DNA of 26,262 nt from a bacterium (GCA_046758365.1 JBHIAC010000030.1:1-26262); one strand, 5' to 3'; shown: positions 1 through 9,886, numbered from the stretch's first letter. Program-made: numbers and translations. Notes: a model not told the origin generated them from the letters alone.

Positions 1-483
1 AATTTTGCTGATTACGTTATTATCTTGCAAAATGGGAGAAATATTGGCTATGGAGCACCCTATGCCTTATTGAGCAAAATGACCGCCCCTCCCCTGATTT
101 CCAGAGAAGACATTCCAAACATTTTTGAAGTAAAAATCATAGCTCACCCTGCTTCCACGGGATTGACTATGGCAGCCGTTGGGAATTTGACTTTTGTTCT
201 CCCTCATTTAGAGTGTGATGTAGGTGAAAAAATTTTGTTAAATATTCCAGCTTCAGAAATTATTATCTCAAAGGAAGAACCCAAAGGTCTAAGCGCCAGC
301 AATATTTTTGCTGGTAGCATTACGGATATTTATCATTTGGGTGAAAGAATTTTGGTGGATGTAAATGCTGGAGAGCACTTTACAGTTGAGGTCGTTCCGG
401 CGACAGTTGAAAGATTAGATTTGCAAAAAAGTGAGCGTGTATTTTTGATCATAAAGGCGAGTTCGTTTAGGAGGTTGGGGTAA
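1..483 (+). CDS. modC: Molybdate ABC transporter ATP-binding subunit (ModC-like), C-terminal part with TOBE domains; 5'-truncated by window edge
   Basis: Frame is open from base 1 (NFADYVIILQNGRNIGYG, typical end of an ABC ATPase domain). It is followed by TOBE-like segments 'LSASNIFAGSITDI' and 'LDLQKSERVFLIIKASS'. Confidence 0.75.
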   Translation, partial: NFADYVIILQNGRNIGYGAPYALLSKMTAPPLISREDIPNIFEVKIIAHPASTGLTMAAVGNLTFVLPHLECDVGEKILLNIPASEIIISKEEPKGLSASNIFAGSITDIYHLGERILVDVNAGEHFTVEVVPATVERLDLQKSERVFLIIKASSFRRLG

Positions 484-511
484 TTACAGTTTGGCATCTG
501 CAAAATATTCC

Positions 512-540
512 TTGCGATAAATCGACATTCTAACTATATT
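512..540 (+). promoter_or_regulatory. Putative sigma70-type promoter for the helicase gene
   Basis: TTGCGA (512-517), 17-bp spacer, TATATT (535-540). Confidence 0.45.
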
Positions 541-738
541 TTAATGAGCCACTTTCAAATCTAGATTGTATTTTTGAAAGCAATCATGATCCAGAGGGTT
601 TTCTTTATTATAAAAAATATCGAAGTACACCGGCTACTGAAAAATATTTGGTTGTAGTTGCAATTTTGAATTTGCCTAGTCTGCTGCTGGTAATTTAGCC
701 ATTATAATACAAACTTAGAAAGGTGAGTAGATATTTTC

Positions 739-3042
739 ATGAATCTCCCCCAACTCCTTGACCAACTTAAAAGCAATTCCGACTTCATGGTCAATGTCAC
801 GACCTGGCAAATGCTCCCGGCTCAGGATGCCCAGTACGCCGATTTTCCCTCAAACATGGAGGTTTCATTAATTAAAGCCATCAACCAGCACGGCATTAAT
901 AAGCTTTATACCCACCAGGCGGAGGCTGTTCGATTAATCTTACAAGGGAAAAACGTCGTGGTGGTTACGCCGACGGCCAGCGGTAAAACTCTGTGCTATA
1001 ATTTGCCGGTTTTAAATACCGTGTTGTCTGAACCCGAGACCCGGGCGCTTTATCTTTTTCCCACCAAAGCCCTTTCCCATGATCAGGTGGCTGAACTGCA
1101 TGAGCTGGTTACTTTATTGGGAGGGGAAATTAGTTTCGACATAAAAACCTACACCTTTGATGGCGACACGCCAGCTTCAGCGCGAAAAGCCATCCGCAGT
1201 TCTGGACACATCGTGGTCACCAATCCTGATATGCTGCACCAGGGCATTTTACCCCATCACACCAAGTGGGTGAAGCTATTCGAAAATCTGCGCTACGTGG
1301 TTATTGATGAACTCCATAACTATCGTGGGGTATTTGGCAGTCACCTGGCCAATGTTCTCCGGCGTCTGAGACGCATCTGTGAATTTTACGAATCCAATCC
1401 ACAATTCATTTGCTGCTCGGCGACCATCGCGAATCCAAAAGAATTAGCTGAGCAAATTATCGAGCAAAAAGTGGAATTGGTGGATAAAAATGGCGCCCCT
1501 CAGGGCGAAAAACATTTTATCTTATATAATCCACCTGTGGTCAATCGTGAATTGGGCATTAGAAAATCGTATATCAAAGAAGCGCGTGCCATAGCAAAGA
1601 AATTTTTACTGAATGAGATTCAAACCATCGTATTTTCGCGTAGCCGACTGCGGATGGAAATTCTGGTGACCTATTTGAAGGAAATTATGCAAAAAGCTAA
1701 AAAATCACCTAATCTTATTCGAGGCTACCGAGGCGGTTATTTGCCAACTGAACGGCGGGCTATTGAAAGAGGGTTGCGCCGTGGGGAGATTCTTGGCGTG
1801 GTCAGCACTAACGCCTTGGAGTTGGGGATTGACATCGGAGAACTGCAGGCGGCGGTAATGGCGGGCTATCCCGGCACCATCGCCAGTGCCTGGCAGCAAG
1901 CAGGTCGAGCTGGAAGGCGAGCAGAGGCGTCGGTAGCTATCCTGGTGGCTTCTAGCGCCCCCATCGATCAGTACATCATCAACCATCCGGATTATTTCTT
2001 TGGCAAGCCTCCGGAATCGGGTGTGGTCGATCCCAATAATCTGGTCATTCTTTTGGACCATATTAAATGCGGGGCCTTTGAGCTGCCATTCGTTGAAAAT
2101 GAAAATTTTGGGGTAGAAACCACTCACGAGATTTTGGCCTATTTGGAAGAAAATCGGGTCCTACATTATGTGTCTCCTCTCCCACATGAAAGTGACGAGA
2201 AGCAAGAACCGGGGAAGTTCCACTGGATGACCGATGCTTATCCAGCCGAGGCTGTGAGCTTGCGCAGTGCCACACCTGAAAATGTTGTGATTATCGACAC
2301 TACAAATGAAGAGCGTGTCATTGGGGAAATCAATTTGCTGGACGCACCCATCATGCTGCATAACAATGCTATCTACATTCACGAAAGCAAACAGTACCAT
2401 GTGGACAAACTGGACTGGGAACGCAAAAAAGCCTATGTACATCAGGTGGGGGTGGACTACTATACCGACGCCCACACCGACACCAGCCTCCGAGTTTTGG
2501 ATATATTTGAAGAAGCAGAAATTCCCGATGGCAAAAAGGGCTACGGCGAGGTCAACGTCCACTGGCAGACCACCAAATACAAAAAGCTGAAATTCGAGAC
2601 CCATGAAAATATCGGTTTCGGTAAAGTGGAACTGCCGGAGTTAGAAATGCACACCACAGCTTACTGGTGGGAGTTTCAGTCAAATATAGGCGAAAAATTT
2701 CAGCTTACCCAAACCACTCTCGGAGATGGCCTTAAAGCTCTGGCGAATGTTCTGAGAACGGTTGTTGCTATTTTTATGATGTGTGATCCCAAAGATATTC
2801 GCACAGTTCCCATGGTTCGTGCCCCTATGAGTCAGTGTCCTACCATTTTTGTTTATGACAACCATGCAGGAGGAGTGGGTTTTAGCCGAAAAATATTTAA
2901 TCTGCATGATGCGATAAAAAAGGCGGCTCTGGAGTTAATTAAAAGTTGTGCCTGTGATAGCGGCTGTCCTTCTTGTGTAGGGCCGGTATTGGAAGTAGGG
3001 GAGAAAGGTAAGGAGAGCGCGGTAGCGTTGTTGAATTTATGA
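739..3042 (+). CDS. DEAD/DEAH-box helicase with C-terminal DUF1998 Zn-binding domain (MrfA/YprA/SftH/Hrq1 family)
   Basis: Motifs TPTASGKT, LYLFPTKAL, DELHNYRGVFGSH, SATIANP, TNALELGIDIG and QQAGRAGR; C-terminal YDNHAGGVGFS and C-x-C-x2-G-C-P-S-C. Confidence 0.93.
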   Translation: MNLPQLLDQLKSNSDFMVNVTTWQMLPAQDAQYADFPSNMEVSLIKAINQHGINKLYTHQAEAVRLILQGKNVVVVTPTASGKTLCYNLPVLNTVLSEPETRALYLFPTKALSHDQVAELHELVTLLGGEISFDIKTYTFDGDTPASARKAIRSSGHIVVTNPDMLHQGILPHHTKWVKLFENLRYVVIDELHNYRGVFGSHLANVLRRLRRICEFYESNPQFICCSATIANPKELAEQIIEQKVELVDKNGAPQGEKHFILYNPPVVNRELGIRKSYIKEARAIAKKFLLNEIQTIVFSRSRLRMEILVTYLKEIMQKAKKSPNLIRGYRGGYLPTERRAIERGLRRGEILGVVSTNALELGIDIGELQAAVMAGYPGTIASAWQQAGRAGRRAEASVAILVASSAPIDQYIINHPDYFFGKPPESGVVDPNNLVILLDHIKCGAFELPFVENENFGVETTHEILAYLEENRVLHYVSPLPHESDEKQEPGKFHWMTDAYPAEAVSLRSATPENVVIIDTTNEERVIGEINLLDAPIMLHNNAIYIHESKQYHVDKLDWERKKAYVHQVGVDYYTDAHTDTSLRVLDIFEEAEIPDGKKGYGEVNVHWQTTKYKKLKFETHENIGFGKVELPELEMHTTAYWWEFQSNIGEKFQLTQTTLGDGLKALANVLRTVVAIFMMCDPKDIRTVPMVRAPMSQCPTIFVYDNHAGGVGFSRKIFNLHDAIKKAALELIKSCACDSGCPSCVGPVLEVGEKGKESAVALLNL

Positions 3043-3061
3043 TGGGAGCACAATGAATTCA

Positions 3062-3376
3062 CTAAAATCTCAACAAATCGATATCAAACGTACAAACGAT
3101 GGTTCCTGCGTGTTCGGCCTGATATCTGTGCAATGCAATAAAGTGCTTTCGATTGAATGTCAAAACTGCTCTTTTGTCTTTTGAAGCTTCGTTGAGAACC
3201 TTGTAATTAGGAATGCGTGTACGTACAATACGCGGTTTGCCACCACAAACGCCAGGTGTACTTTCGATACCAGGGAAGGCGTCGCCTAAGTCTTGCACTA
3301 CCCATTGTAATAACTCCGCTTTTTCTGCTCGTGTAAGAACAGAGAGCATTTCTTTTATTTTTTGAGCGTTTTTCAT
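3062..3376 (-). pseudogene. In-frame chimera of a DUF433 antitoxin N-terminal half and a DUF5615 (PIN-like) toxin C-terminal half
   Basis: Residues 1-56 (...LGDAFPGIESTPGVCGGKPRIVRTRIP) resemble DUF433. The remainder (VLNEASKDKRAVLTFNRKHFIALH...HAGTIVCTFD) resembles DUF5615. The middle of the operon is missing. Confidence 0.7.
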
Positions 3377-3491
3377 TTTCAATATTCAGAAAAGTAAGAT
3401 TATCCTCAGCTATTTCTTCAAAAAAATGGGGAATAGTATACTCATGCTGTCGTTTTACTACTTTTTCTCTGATTTTATAGATAGTAGCCAA
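3377..3491 (-). pseudogene. N-terminal fragment (~38 codons) of a DUF4258-like toxin gene
   Basis: MATIYKIREKVVKRQHEYTIPHFFEEIAEDNLTFLNIE resembles DUF4258 N-termini (H-x-x-E-E motif). The frame then runs out of phase through the DUF433 sequence. Confidence 0.5.
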
Positions 3492-3542
3492 TATTTAGTT
3501 CCCTTTGTTTTCAGGTTTATCGGGGTAGGCGGCGTGCATATT

Positions 3543-4145
3543 CTATCCAAATGCAATTTTTCTCCGTTTCTCTGGATCATCAAAATGAACTTTTTTCACA
3601 TCAAAATGTTCTGGATCATATTCTCCACCCAACCACGTCAACATTTCTTCATATTCCTCATGATCTGGATTTATTATGATTTCCAATAATTCTTCATAGC
3701 CCCAGATTCCGCCACAATCTTCAGGTGGGCATGCTCGTTTGCCATCGACACAGATTGTGTAGCTTATATTTTTATTTCGAGGTAAGATTTTTTCCAGTCT
3801 AACGGAATGTTTCCAATCATCGCCAAAATCATACGTGTATGTTGCCAACCTGTTTTCCAGTATAAAATAGTTTGTTATTTTTTCTTTCCATCCTGGAAGA
3901 ATTTCTCTATCAAACCATCCAGATTCTTCATCTGGAATGCCGATTTCAACCTTCATCCCTGTAGACGGATCGACCATTTCAAATTGATGAAGGTGATAAT
4001 CTAACCATCCCATTGCATCCTGAATAGTAACATGCAAATCCCAAAATGAATAAGTCTTTGGCACTTGAATTCGTCGCCAAATGGGTGGTTTAATCTCCTT
4101 TAAGGTGATTTTGAACTGATACACATGATTGAAATTTTGTTTCAT
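3543..4145 (-). CDS. Plasmid pRiA4b ORF-3-like family protein (probable start ATG 4145)
   Basis: Motifs YQFKITL..IKPPIWRRIQVP, LHVTIQDAMGWLDYHLHQF, YTYDFGDDWKH and CVDGKRACPPEDCGGIWGY. Confidence 0.92.
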   Translation of the reverse strand: MKQNFNHVYQFKITLKEIKPPIWRRIQVPKTYSFWDLHVTIQDAMGWLDYHLHQFEMVDPSTGMKVEIGIPDEESGWFDREILPGWKEKITNYFILENRLATYTYDFGDDWKHSVRLEKILPRNKNISYTICVDGKRACPPEDCGGIWGYEELLEIIINPDHEEYEEMLTWLGGEYDPEHFDVKKVHFDDPEKRRKIAFG

Positions 4146-4241
4146 TGTATTGTCCCATTCACGACCTCTACCAAGCTCGGTTACCAAACTATCGAAACAA
4201 AATTACTGAAAACTTAGCAGATGAAATACGTCTCTTACCGA

Positions 4242-6350
4242 TTACCTCGGTGTGGCATCTGGAAGACCGCCGTCTACGGGGAGGGTTGCACCGGTTGTCG
4301 GCGTCTGGCGTGTTGCAAAGTATAATACGGCCTTGGCAACGTGTGTGGCCGTTATATTGGTCTTGAGCAGATTCCGGCTTCGGTAATATTCCTCCAGGCC
4401 CTTCTCGTCCAGACCTCTTGCGCGCATGCGGTTCGGTCCCACTTCGGCCCACAGTCCGGATTTACGCTTGCCATGCGCAAACACGGCATCAGGCGCCACC
4501 ATATTGACGCGCACACCGATCTCGGCAAGTTCCAGGCTGGCGATGCGAGCCAACTGGTGGGCTGCGGCTTTGGTTGCGCTGTAGGCTCCGAATTTTGCTC
4601 CCGGTGCAAAAACATTCTTAGTCGATATCAGGATAATATCCCCGCCTGTTCCCTGAAGCTTAAAATGCCGTGAAGCTTCAGAAAGGATATGAAGAGTCCC
4701 TTCAACGTTTACCAGTTCCAGTTTCCGAAAAGCCTCGGCATCTATATCTGCAAGGGGTGAGACGTGCGCAATGCCCGCATTCACCACCACCAGGTCAATG
4801 CCACCCCAGGTATGAATAACCTGATCAAAGCCTTTAGCAACGGACTTCAGATCCGTTACATCAAGGGGAACAGGAATGATGCGTTCTCTATAGGTTGGTT
4901 TCAAGTCATTTACAAATGCGTCTAGGTTATCACCCGGTAAATCTGTGGCAGCCACATGACATCCGTTTTCAAGGAGTTCCTGACAAATTCCGGAGCCAAT
5001 GGCCCCAGCAGCACCGCTAATTAGGGCTACCGAGCGTTGTAAAGGAAGTTCATCTTCTTGGTCAAGCTTTGCATGTTGCAGGCTGCAGTATTCCATATCG
5101 AAGAGATGTTCTTCACTTAATCCTTCATACCTTTCCCTGGCAGCCACCTTTGTCTTAACCGTTAGAGTCTGGGCTGTGATATCTCTTACTATTGCGGCTT
5201 CCACAACATCCTTACCAGCGCATATGGCTCCTAATCCTGGCATGAGGATGACCCGCGGCCTGGAGTCAAAACGCTTGAGACCAGTTTTCATTTTTTGGGA
5301 ATGCCGCTCGAAATAGGCATCATATTGCTTGGCATATTCATTGATTGCTGTCGATATTTGCTCCCTCACTTTATTTTCATCATCATATTGCAGGTCATCG
5401 ATCCAGAGGGGAAGCGCTTTAGTTCTGATTAAATGGTCAGAGGTTAAAGGTGGGGTCAATGCCATTTCCTTTCCCCGGTCAGAATCAACCAGGTTGAGCA
5501 CTTCACTCGTCAGTAGTGATTGAAGGATAAAACGTTGATATGGCAAGTCAGCATTTTTCGTGGGGATGGCCAGTAATCCCCTGAGGATTGGTGCCACCTT
5601 CAGATATCTCTCCTTTGCAGTTGTAGGAGAGGTGGCAATGCTCGCTTTTAGTGTGGCGCTCGCCTTCTGGGCCAGATATTTTTCGGCTCGAGTAACGAGT
5701 TCAATGGTCTTCTCATAAGATTCACGAGCCGTATCACCCCAGGTGAGCAGTCCATGTTTTATTAAGATCATGCCCATACTCGTGGGGGAGGCTTCGAATG
5801 CCGCTGCGGCGGTTTTAGCCAGCGCAAATCCAGGCTTGACATATTCCAGGACGATCACATCGCTCCCCAGTGCCTCTCGAACGATTTTTTCTCCATGAGG
5901 CTGATTGGTTAAGGCTAATATGGCGTCAGCATGCGTGTGATCAATGTATTTTTGGGGAATAAAGGCATGCAGCAGGGTTTCTATCGATGGGGTCGCCGCT
6001 TGGGAGTCGAACCGTTGTGTGAGCAGCTCATTAACCATGGTCTCGTCGGGAAGCGACGACAAGGTTCGCAACTGCTGCAGGTATTCAAGGTTCAGTCCTG
6101 AATGTCCTTTGGGTTCAATATTGGCCAGGTCATGTCCCGAGGCTTTGACGAAGATCGCTGGGATGCGTTGACCAAGGACGTTGGTGAAGGTTCCCTTGAC
6201 CGATGTGTTTCCTCCTCCGTGAAGCACCAGTTCCTTTTCCGCTCCGATCAACCTGTTCGTGTAGGTGCGGAGAGCTAGAGCCTCGCCCCATTGTTTTCCG
6301 TATTTGTCAATGAATTCAGATGCCTTTGCGTCTGACCATCTGTTCTCCAT
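4242..6350 (-). CDS. Bifunctional class II aldolase / short-chain dehydrogenase (rhamnulose-1-phosphate aldolase/lactaldehyde dehydrogenase-like, RhaEW/YuxG type); substrate uncertain
   Basis: N-terminal LVLHGGGNTSVK and PSIETLLHA..HTHAD (class II aldolase metal site). C-terminal SDR with GAAGAIG, NAG and YSATK. Confidence 0.88.
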   Translation of the reverse strand: MENRWSDAKASEFIDKYGKQWGEALALRTYTNRLIGAEKELVLHGGGNTSVKGTFTNVLGQRIPAIFVKASGHDLANIEPKGHSGLNLEYLQQLRTLSSLPDETMVNELLTQRFDSQAATPSIETLLHAFIPQKYIDHTHADAILALTNQPHGEKIVREALGSDVIVLEYVKPGFALAKTAAAAFEASPTSMGMILIKHGLLTWGDTARESYEKTIELVTRAEKYLAQKASATLKASIATSPTTAKERYLKVAPILRGLLAIPTKNADLPYQRFILQSLLTSEVLNLVDSDRGKEMALTPPLTSDHLIRTKALPLWIDDLQYDDENKVREQISTAINEYAKQYDAYFERHSQKMKTGLKRFDSRPRVILMPGLGAICAGKDVVEAAIVRDITAQTLTVKTKVAARERYEGLSEEHLFDMEYCSLQHAKLDQEDELPLQRSVALISGAAGAIGSGICQELLENGCHVAATDLPGDNLDAFVNDLKPTYRERIIPVPLDVTDLKSVAKGFDQVIHTWGGIDLVVVNAGIAHVSPLADIDAEAFRKLELVNVEGTLHILSEASRHFKLQGTGGDIILISTKNVFAPGAKFGAYSATKAAAHQLARIASLELAEIGVRVNMVAPDAVFAHGKRKSGLWAEVGPNRMRARGLDEKGLEEYYRSRNLLKTNITATHVAKAVLYFATRQTPTTGATLPVDGGLPDATPR

Positions 6351-6364
6351 AGGATTTCCTTCTT

Positions 6365-6721
6365 CTACGAAACACTGACCTTCTTTAAGAAGATCAGTGT
6401 TTGTTTGGTGCCAAATGACGCTAACCTGGTGATAACATCAGCGCCAGCATCAATATAATCTCCCACCTTTAATTGCGGGTCCTGAATCATCAGGTGGACA
6501 TCCTTCAGTAAATGGGTTTTCACGGTTTTAATAAGCGGGGGCCCGGCTGTCATCATGGGAACGAAACATCCATCCATAACGTCAAAATGGATCGCTTTTA
6601 TGTCGGTTCCTTCGAGCAAAGCCAGCGCTGAGCCCAGTCTCATGAGGTCGGCCGACAGAATCCCGACACTGATGGTCGGCGCAGATGCGCGTAATAGATC
6701 GAATGCCTTGTTGGCTGGCAT
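6365..6721 (-). pseudogene. 3'-truncated ribulose-phosphate 3-epimerase family gene (LsrE/Rpe-like)
   Basis: Has the Rpe motifs HFDVMDG.FVP, DVHLMI.DP and AGADVIT. Homology ends at codon 98 (about 6428); Rpe-family proteins are normally about 220-240 aa. Confidence 0.82.
6370..6402 (-). terminator. Stem-loop between the truncated epimerase and the aldolase/SDR gene
   Basis: AAACACTGACCTTCT-TTA-AGAAGATCAGTGTTT: 14 of 15 positions pair, and the mismatch becomes a G-U wobble on the minus-strand RNA. Confidence 0.55.
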
Positions 6722-6733
6722 AGACTGTTGATC

Positions 6734-7621
6734 CTATTTTTTTTCGTTCCTTAAGGTCTGATAGTAGTCGTACGCTTCTTCGGGCGTCAGGTTCTCATGA
6801 ACGATTTTTCGCACCGCCTGGATCATGGCCTTAGGGGCTTCGGATTGGAATATGTTTCGCCCCATGTCCACTCCTGCAGCGCCCTGCTGAACAGCATTGG
6901 AAGCCATCTTCAAGGCATCGAGCTCCGGAACCTTCTTTCCGCCAGCGATCACGATGGGGACCGGGCAGGCGGCCGTTACGGTTTCGAATCCCTCGGCAAC
7001 AAAATAGGTCTTAACGTAGGACGCTCCCAGTTCGGCACAGATTCTGGTGGCTAGACGCATATATTTGGCGTCCCGCACCATCTCCTTGCCCACGGCCGTA
7101 ACACCGAGGACCGGGATGCCATACCGGTTACCCATGTCCACCAGCCGTGTCAGGTTGTGTATGGATTTGGTTTCGTGCTCGCCTCCGATAAACACCTGAA
7201 CGGCAAGAGCGGCGACGTTCAAACGGATGGCATCTTCAATATCGACAGCAATCTCCTCATTTGAGAGCTCTTTGAGTATACTTGGCCCCCCGCTTGATCT
7301 CAGGACAATCCCTTTTGTGAAGGTTGGGGGGATGGTTGAGCGCAAGATGCCACGGGTGCACATGAGGGTGTCAGCATATTGGAGGAGTGGTACAATGGTT
7401 ACATCGACCCGCTCCAGCCCCGAAGTCGGCCCGAGAAAATACCCGTGGTCGATGGCCAGCATTACCGTACGATCGGTGTCTGGATGAAATATATTCGACA
7501 ACCGGTTTTTCATCCCCCAGTCCAGTGAATTTGAGCCTCGCAACATGAATGGCTTGTTCTTCATGGGGATATTCAAGTAATAATTGTGCGTTTCTTGAAT
7601 ACTATCTTTGTCTGCCATCAT
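6734..7621 (-). CDS. lsrF: 3-hydroxy-5-phosphonooxypentane-2,4-dione thiolase LsrF (class I aldolase fold)
   Basis: Motifs [34 protein letters not shown] (catalytic Lys), PIVIAGGKK and [20 protein letters not shown] upstream. Confidence 0.9.
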   Translation of the reverse strand: MMADKDSIQETHNYYLNIPMKNKPFMLRGSNSLDWGMKNRLSNIFHPDTDRTVMLAIDHGYFLGPTSGLERVDVTIVPLLQYADTLMCTRGILRSTIPPTFTKGIVLRSSGGPSILKELSNEEIAVDIEDAIRLNVAALAVQVFIGGEHETKSIHNLTRLVDMGNRYGIPVLGVTAVGKEMVRDAKYMRLATRICAELGASYVKTYFVAEGFETVTAACPVPIVIAGGKKVPELDALKMASNAVQQGAAGVDMGRNIFQSEAPKAMIQAVRKIVHENLTPEEAYDYYQTLRNEKK

Positions 7622-7669
7622 TGGTCTCCTTTCACATAATTGATTTACGAAGCACAGTCGTTGAGTCTT

Positions 7670-9886
7670 CTAAAACCTAATCCTCTGTTTGTTTTTTATG
7701 CGTTTCAATCGTTCTCTTCTTGTAAGACCCACATGGATGTCACAATTTTCGGTGGGAGCTAAGCGGCTTTCAAAAACTTCTTCCAAAATATTTGGGCAAA
7801 CATCATTAGCCAACTTTTTTGTATCAGCACAAATTTCTAATCGAACCACACCTTCTGGCATAGGGAAATCCAATTCGGGGAGCCCTAAGGTATCGTGGAC
7901 GCTTTTCATGTAAGTAGCACAGATAGGCAACGCGGCTCGAGATCCCTCTTGACCCTTACCGAGAGTGAGGCTGTAATCATCCAAGCCTACCCAAACCCCT
8001 GTAACAATTTGAGGTGTAAATGCAATAAACCAGGCATCGCTGAAATCGTTCGTGGTTCCTGTTTTACCCCCAGCCGGTCTATAAAAATGGTATTTCCATC
8101 TGGCACTTCCACCTGTGCCCTTATCAATCACAGTTTTCAGCAAATCTGTCATAATGTAAGCCGTTTCTTTTCTCAGGGCTTCCTGACTGCGTGGAATATT
8201 TTGTTCGAGTACATTACCGTTTTTGTCCTCCACTCTTAATATAGCCACAGGCTCAACCAGAACACCACCATTAGCAAAAACACCAAAAGCCGAAGTTATT
8301 TCCATCGGTGTAACACCTGAAGCCCCCAAGGCGATAGCATCCACGGCTTGCAAGGGAGATTTAATACCCATTTTTCTTGCATATTCTACCACTCTACTAG
8401 GATTTTGAATAACATTTTGAAGGACTCGCACAGTAACCAAATTTAACGATCTTCTTAATCCTTCTCTCATGGTCGTTGGTCCACCAACGGACAAATCATA
8501 ATTTTGAGGAGACCAGCGTTCTCCGTTTTCCATAAAAACAACAACGGGTTGATTTAATTCTTCATGGATTGGTGGATAGCCATTGTCTATAGCAACGGTG
8601 TAAATAAAAGGTTTAAACGCTGAACCTGGTTGCCGACTCATTTGCACGACCCGATTCCATTTGGATTCGGAAAAATCGCGGCCGCCTATGAAGGCTAAAA
8701 TATGTCCATTTCTCGGATCAATAGATACTAGTGCTGTTTGAACAGCTACACGAGCATTTAACAAGGAATCAACAAAAGTAGAATCTTGCAGCAACTTCTT
8801 TACATTGTCATTTGTTTGATGATTGACATCCAGGAGTTCCATAATTCTATTATCTTTTAAATAATAATTATTTACATTTTTCTGCACAATCTTTAAATGA
8901 TTTTCAACCGCTTCCTCAGCACAAGCTTGAGCGCGCGTGTCTAAAGTTGTATAAATTGATAGTCCCTCAGTGTATAGGTTATAGCCATATTTTTCTTGCA
9001 AAATTTGGCGAACATATTCGGTAAAATAGGGTGCAATGCCGTATGCAGTTGAAGTAGTATATTTTAATACATTTATGGGCTTTTTCAAATATTCATTATA
9101 GTCATCTTCTGTAATATAATCCAATTCTCGCATGGCATGGAGGACAATATTGCGACGTGTTAAGGCTCGATTAGGATGCCTTATAGGTGAGTAAGCCTCG
9201 GGTGCTGGTAATAAACCAATGAGTGTAGCACATTCAGCAGTATCTATATCCTGCAACTCTTTGCCAAAATATTTCATTGCAGCGGGTTGAGCGCCATAAA
9301 GACCATGGCCTAAAAACATGTGATTCAAATACATCTCCAAAATTTCATCTTTTGTATAAGTACGTTCAATTTGGATGGCCGTGATCATTTCTCTAATCTT
9401 ACGTGTTATTGTTTTCTCACTCGTGAGATAAAGCTGCCGAGCTAATTGTTGAGTAAGTGTACTAATAGCTCTTGGTTTGAATTTTAATGTAATAAAATTA
9501 ATAAAAGCTACCTTAATAAATCTTTTTAAATCAATTCCCCAGTGGTCATAAAACTTTCGATCTTCTGAAGCAATTACTGCCCTAATTAGCGCATCTGGCA
9601 TTTGCTCAAGGGGTACAAAACTTCTCTTTTCTTCATAATATTCATGAATTAGTTTCATATCTGCCGAATACACTTTTGATGCCAATTTAGGCCTATATTC
9701 TTCTAACTGTCTTAGGGAAGGTAGATCGCGGCTAATAATATATAGATAAATAAAACCCCCTATACCTGTTAAAAAAAGTACAATAAAAGTAGAAGTGATT
9801 TTTTTTGTTTGGATAAATTTTTTTACAGATTGAAAAAAGAAACTATAAGTAAAGCTATTTTCTAAATCTCTAAACTTTCTTTTCAT
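7670..9886 (-). CDS. Class A penicillin-binding protein (PBP1A family, transglycosylase/transpeptidase)
   Basis: N-terminal TM segment; glycosyltransferase motifs EDRKFYDHWGID, STLTQQLAR and RKIRE; transpeptidase motifs SAFK, SLN and KTGT. Confidence 0.95.
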   Translation of the reverse strand: MKRKFRDLENSFTYSFFFQSVKKFIQTKKITSTFIVLFLTGIGGFIYLYIISRDLPSLRQLEEYRPKLASKVYSADMKLIHEYYEEKRSFVPLEQMPDALIRAVIASEDRKFYDHWGIDLKRFIKVAFINFITLKFKPRAISTLTQQLARQLYLTSEKTITRKIREMITAIQIERTYTKDEILEMYLNHMFLGHGLYGAQPAAMKYFGKELQDIDTAECATLIGLLPAPEAYSPIRHPNRALTRRNIVLHAMRELDYITEDDYNEYLKKPINVLKYTTSTAYGIAPYFTEYVRQILQEKYGYNLYTEGLSIYTTLDTRAQACAEEAVENHLKIVQKNVNNYYLKDNRIMELLDVNHQTNDNVKKLLQDSTFVDSLLNARVAVQTALVSIDPRNGHILAFIGGRDFSESKWNRVVQMSRQPGSAFKPFIYTVAIDNGYPPIHEELNQPVVVFMENGERWSPQNYDLSVGGPTTMREGLRRSLNLVTVRVLQNVIQNPSRVVEYARKMGIKSPLQAVDAIALGASGVTPMEITSAFGVFANGGVLVEPVAILRVEDKNGNVLEQNIPRSQEALRKETAYIMTDLLKTVIDKGTGGSARWKYHFYRPAGGKTGTTNDFSDAWFIAFTPQIVTGVWVGLDDYSLTLGKGQEGSRAALPICATYMKSVHDTLGLPELDFPMPEGVVRLEICADTKKLANDVCPNILEEVFESRLAPTENCDIHVGLTRRERLKRIKNKQRIRF

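Noticed and set aside
1705..3062. Several antisense or out-of-frame ORFs within the helicase, and similar ones over the aldolase/SDR, lsrF, PBP1A, cdaR, cvpA and mutS2 genes
   Set aside because: Shadow ORFs of well-supported genes with no recognisable motifs.
7012..7020. TAACGTAGG, a 9-bp match to the MITE terminus inside lsrF
   Set aside because: It encodes the conserved YVK motif on the minus strand, and there is no partner TIR or duplication; chance match.
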